The position numbers and the translations under genes are program-made. The notes under the pieces are model-generated. The model saw only the letters and a program-made list of their open reading frames with translations, was not told the origin of the DNA and made no database searches. From Sminthopsis crassicaudata (lineage: Eukaryota), in assembly GCF_048593235.1 (NCBI RefSeq), contig NC_133622.1, positions 237,243,198 to 237,307,197 of the forward strand: a DNA stretch of 64,000 bases. The letters are read 5' to 3'. This document shows, one piece after another, positions 61,616 through 64,000 of the stretch (the first letter of the stretch is position 1; each line of letters opens with the position of its first letter).

Positions 61616-64000
61616 CATTATTTGTCTACATTAAGGGAAGGTAATGATTAGGATTGGGAAAAAGTGAGAACAGAAGCCAGAGGTCCTTTCTAAATCCAGT
61701 AAGAAGTTTCAGACCCTGGACTTGCCATGTTAAGTAACGAGGAGGCAATTCTTGTGCTCATTAACAGATCTAGACTTATATGCCAAACATGCTATTCCTC
61801 AAGACAGAGACAGAATAAGGAAAACTATCTCCTTCCCATCTTCTTCCAATGTAACCAACCCCTGGCACATATATGCCTAGACATACGTTTTGGATAAGAT
61901 ATCTCAGCGGCAGAATTTCTTGTCAGTTAATTTCACACTGTTCTGTACCTTTAACAAAGCTAACACCAACAATTCTTGAGCAAACTGTCACAAACCCATT
62001 TAAGGCTTGTTAACTGTATGTGGGGGTCATGAAATTATGAACTGTTATCAGTGAATGTTGGATTTTATACTTAATTTTTGTAGCTCCATATATAGATTAG
62101 CATTAAAATTTCTCAGGTGAAAGGGGTCAAAATGGGAAACGTTTAAGAAGCCCTGCCTTAAGTGAAGCCCAGAGCAGGAACGGTTGAGAAATATTCAGCC
62201 GGAACTGGAGCAGGTTCAATGCCAGTTCTAGATGGCATTTGATGCCTTATTCCTTTTTATTGTGGTTGGGAGTGCTATTTCTTGGACCTCTGCATACAGA
62301 TACAGGAAGATTAGGTTTATTTATCTTTAATCATTCAGTCTCTTACACTTTTCCTTATAACTGGCTTGCGCAGCTTCCTTCAGATCCTTAGCCAAAGCCT
62401 TGTCTTTTTGAAGAAGCTTCTGCCAGTTAGCCATTATCTAAACATCTTCTCTTTTATGTATATATAATGCCTCCTTCTCTGTCCTTATCTCTCTCTAGTG
62501 TCTCTGTCTCTTTCTCTCTTTCTGCCTCTCACTCTCTGTCTCTTGCCTGCGTTTGCAGGTTTTTGCATGTTGGGGATCCCTTCTTGAAGCAGGCAGTGCT
62601 TTTGCCTTTCTTTACCTCCTCTCACTCAGCACAGGGACTGGACCATTGCTATGTGTCTACTTTGCTTTTTAAGTGTCTGACTTTCATTCAGCTCATTCAG
62701 TAAGATCTTACGCTAAGCTGTAAGCATGCAATCATTGATTCTCTCCTGTTGTACAGATCTGTCTCAGGTACTAAGGCACAGTCATTTACCAGGTCGGTCT
62801 CTCTCACTACAGCAGAAAGTAGAACAGCAGCAATCTGTGTTGAAGCAGGAAAATATGACTGTATGGCTGTGTGGGTCATATATAGTAGATGGTCAGGAAT
62901 TGCAGTTATTATGCTGGCGCTGTCTGAGCTCATCTCTCCAGCAGGACTACAATTATCATGTCACCTTCAGAGAAATGGTACTGTTTGCCTGGGTTAACTG
63001 GGACCCATTTATTAGAAAATGAACTTTTATCCCAAGTGTTTACATTAACTAGACTACTGATTGCTTAAAGTCTCTAGTGCAGCATTAATGAGCACGTGGG
63101 GGAGAGGGGAAGCAATGAACATCTGTCAAGTGACTTGCAGGAAGATGCAATAAGAACTTGTGAGCCAGAGCATTGTGCCCCTGGTTGATGTTCAGTTCTG
63201 ATTATAGATGAGTTTCTCTTTTATAATTGATATCATTCAGTCTGTCTTTTATGACTGTCCCAATAAGCTCCATATTTTGTATTCTAACTGATAAGAAATT
63301 AAAAGTAAAGTGTATCCCCAGAAAAAAATGAGGGCTAATTCCACATAGAAATTGATGATCATCTCTCGTTAAGAATACATCAACTTCTATTTCCTATAGA
63401 AAAGGAGGATCAATACTTGGAATTAAACTCATGGAATACCCTGTGGTTTGAGGGGTTGAGTCAGAACATCACACTTCTTTTCTCAACTTCTTTCCCTATG
63501 TGAGCAGACTTAAACTTCTATATATTTTCCCCCTCTAATCTCTTCTTATTGGGAAAGAAGTTGAGAAAAATGTTCTGACCAAAGTCCTCAAACCACAGGT
63601 TATTTCATGAGTTTGATTCCAAGTGTTGATTCTGCTTTTTGTAGGGGATAGAAGACCCAACTTCTGAATTCTACAATTTCTTTAATTACCAGCACCTACT
63701 TTTTTTCCCCCACATCACCACATAATGAGCCTGACCTGCATTTTGGAATGACAAATAAGTACTTGTCTTCCATAGACAGCAACAGTGATGTTCCTTGCTG
63801 ATCTAAGTTTCTCATATGCTATTTCTCCTTGCTTCATATCCCTTCTTAATCAAATATATTAAGCCCTACTATGTACCAGACATTGGGTTCACATATGGTG
63901 ATGATGACCGAAATGAAATTTCTGTTCTCAAATATTTTCTGTCTTTTTGGTAATGAGGGTTTATATATGTGTATATATATCTATATCTATATCTATATCT

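Larger units (their letters stand above)
47000..64000 (+). repeat. Older, more diverged paralogous unit 5 with its leading L1
   Basis: Same block order (old L1, spacer, blocks Z and Y, V1R, upstream block) but visibly more diverged and lacking the insertions seen in units 1-4. Confidence 0.85.

Noticed and set aside
1-64000. CRISPR arrays, tRNA/rRNA genes, or prokaryotic and viral systems
   Set aside because: There are no regularly spaced repeat-spacer arrays. The tRNA-like boxes belong to SINE heads, and the only ERV trace is a solo LTR with no gag/pol/env.

Overview
Eukaryotic, AT-rich, CpG-poor, repeat-dense DNA, most likely from a marsupial (inferred from WSINE1/Mar1-type CORE-SINEs and marsupial-type L1 ends). 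The window is a tandem array of five intact single-coding-exon vomeronasal type-1 receptor (V1R/VN1R) genes, all on the minus strand (8085-8981, 17905-18801, 30595-31491, 43922-44809, 57879-58775). Each gene lies in a duplicated unit of about 12-16 kb built from an old minus-strand L1, assorted L1 3' ends and a conserved unidentified upstream block. The flanks pair units 1+4 and 2+3 as recent, near-identical copies, with unit 5 older. The coding sequences partly pair differently (1+3 vs 2+4), which points to gene conversion. Comparing paralogs exposes filled and empty insertion sites, an L1 fragment bridging a 2.6-kb deletion, an L1 with a roughly 550-bp target-site duplication, and several recombination or deletion junctions. 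All five receptors lack the canonical V1R TM3 cysteine (GCK becomes GIK). I see no RNA genes, CRISPR arrays or prokaryotic features, and no wholly new biological system is supported. All counts were made by eye and repeat boundaries are approximate.
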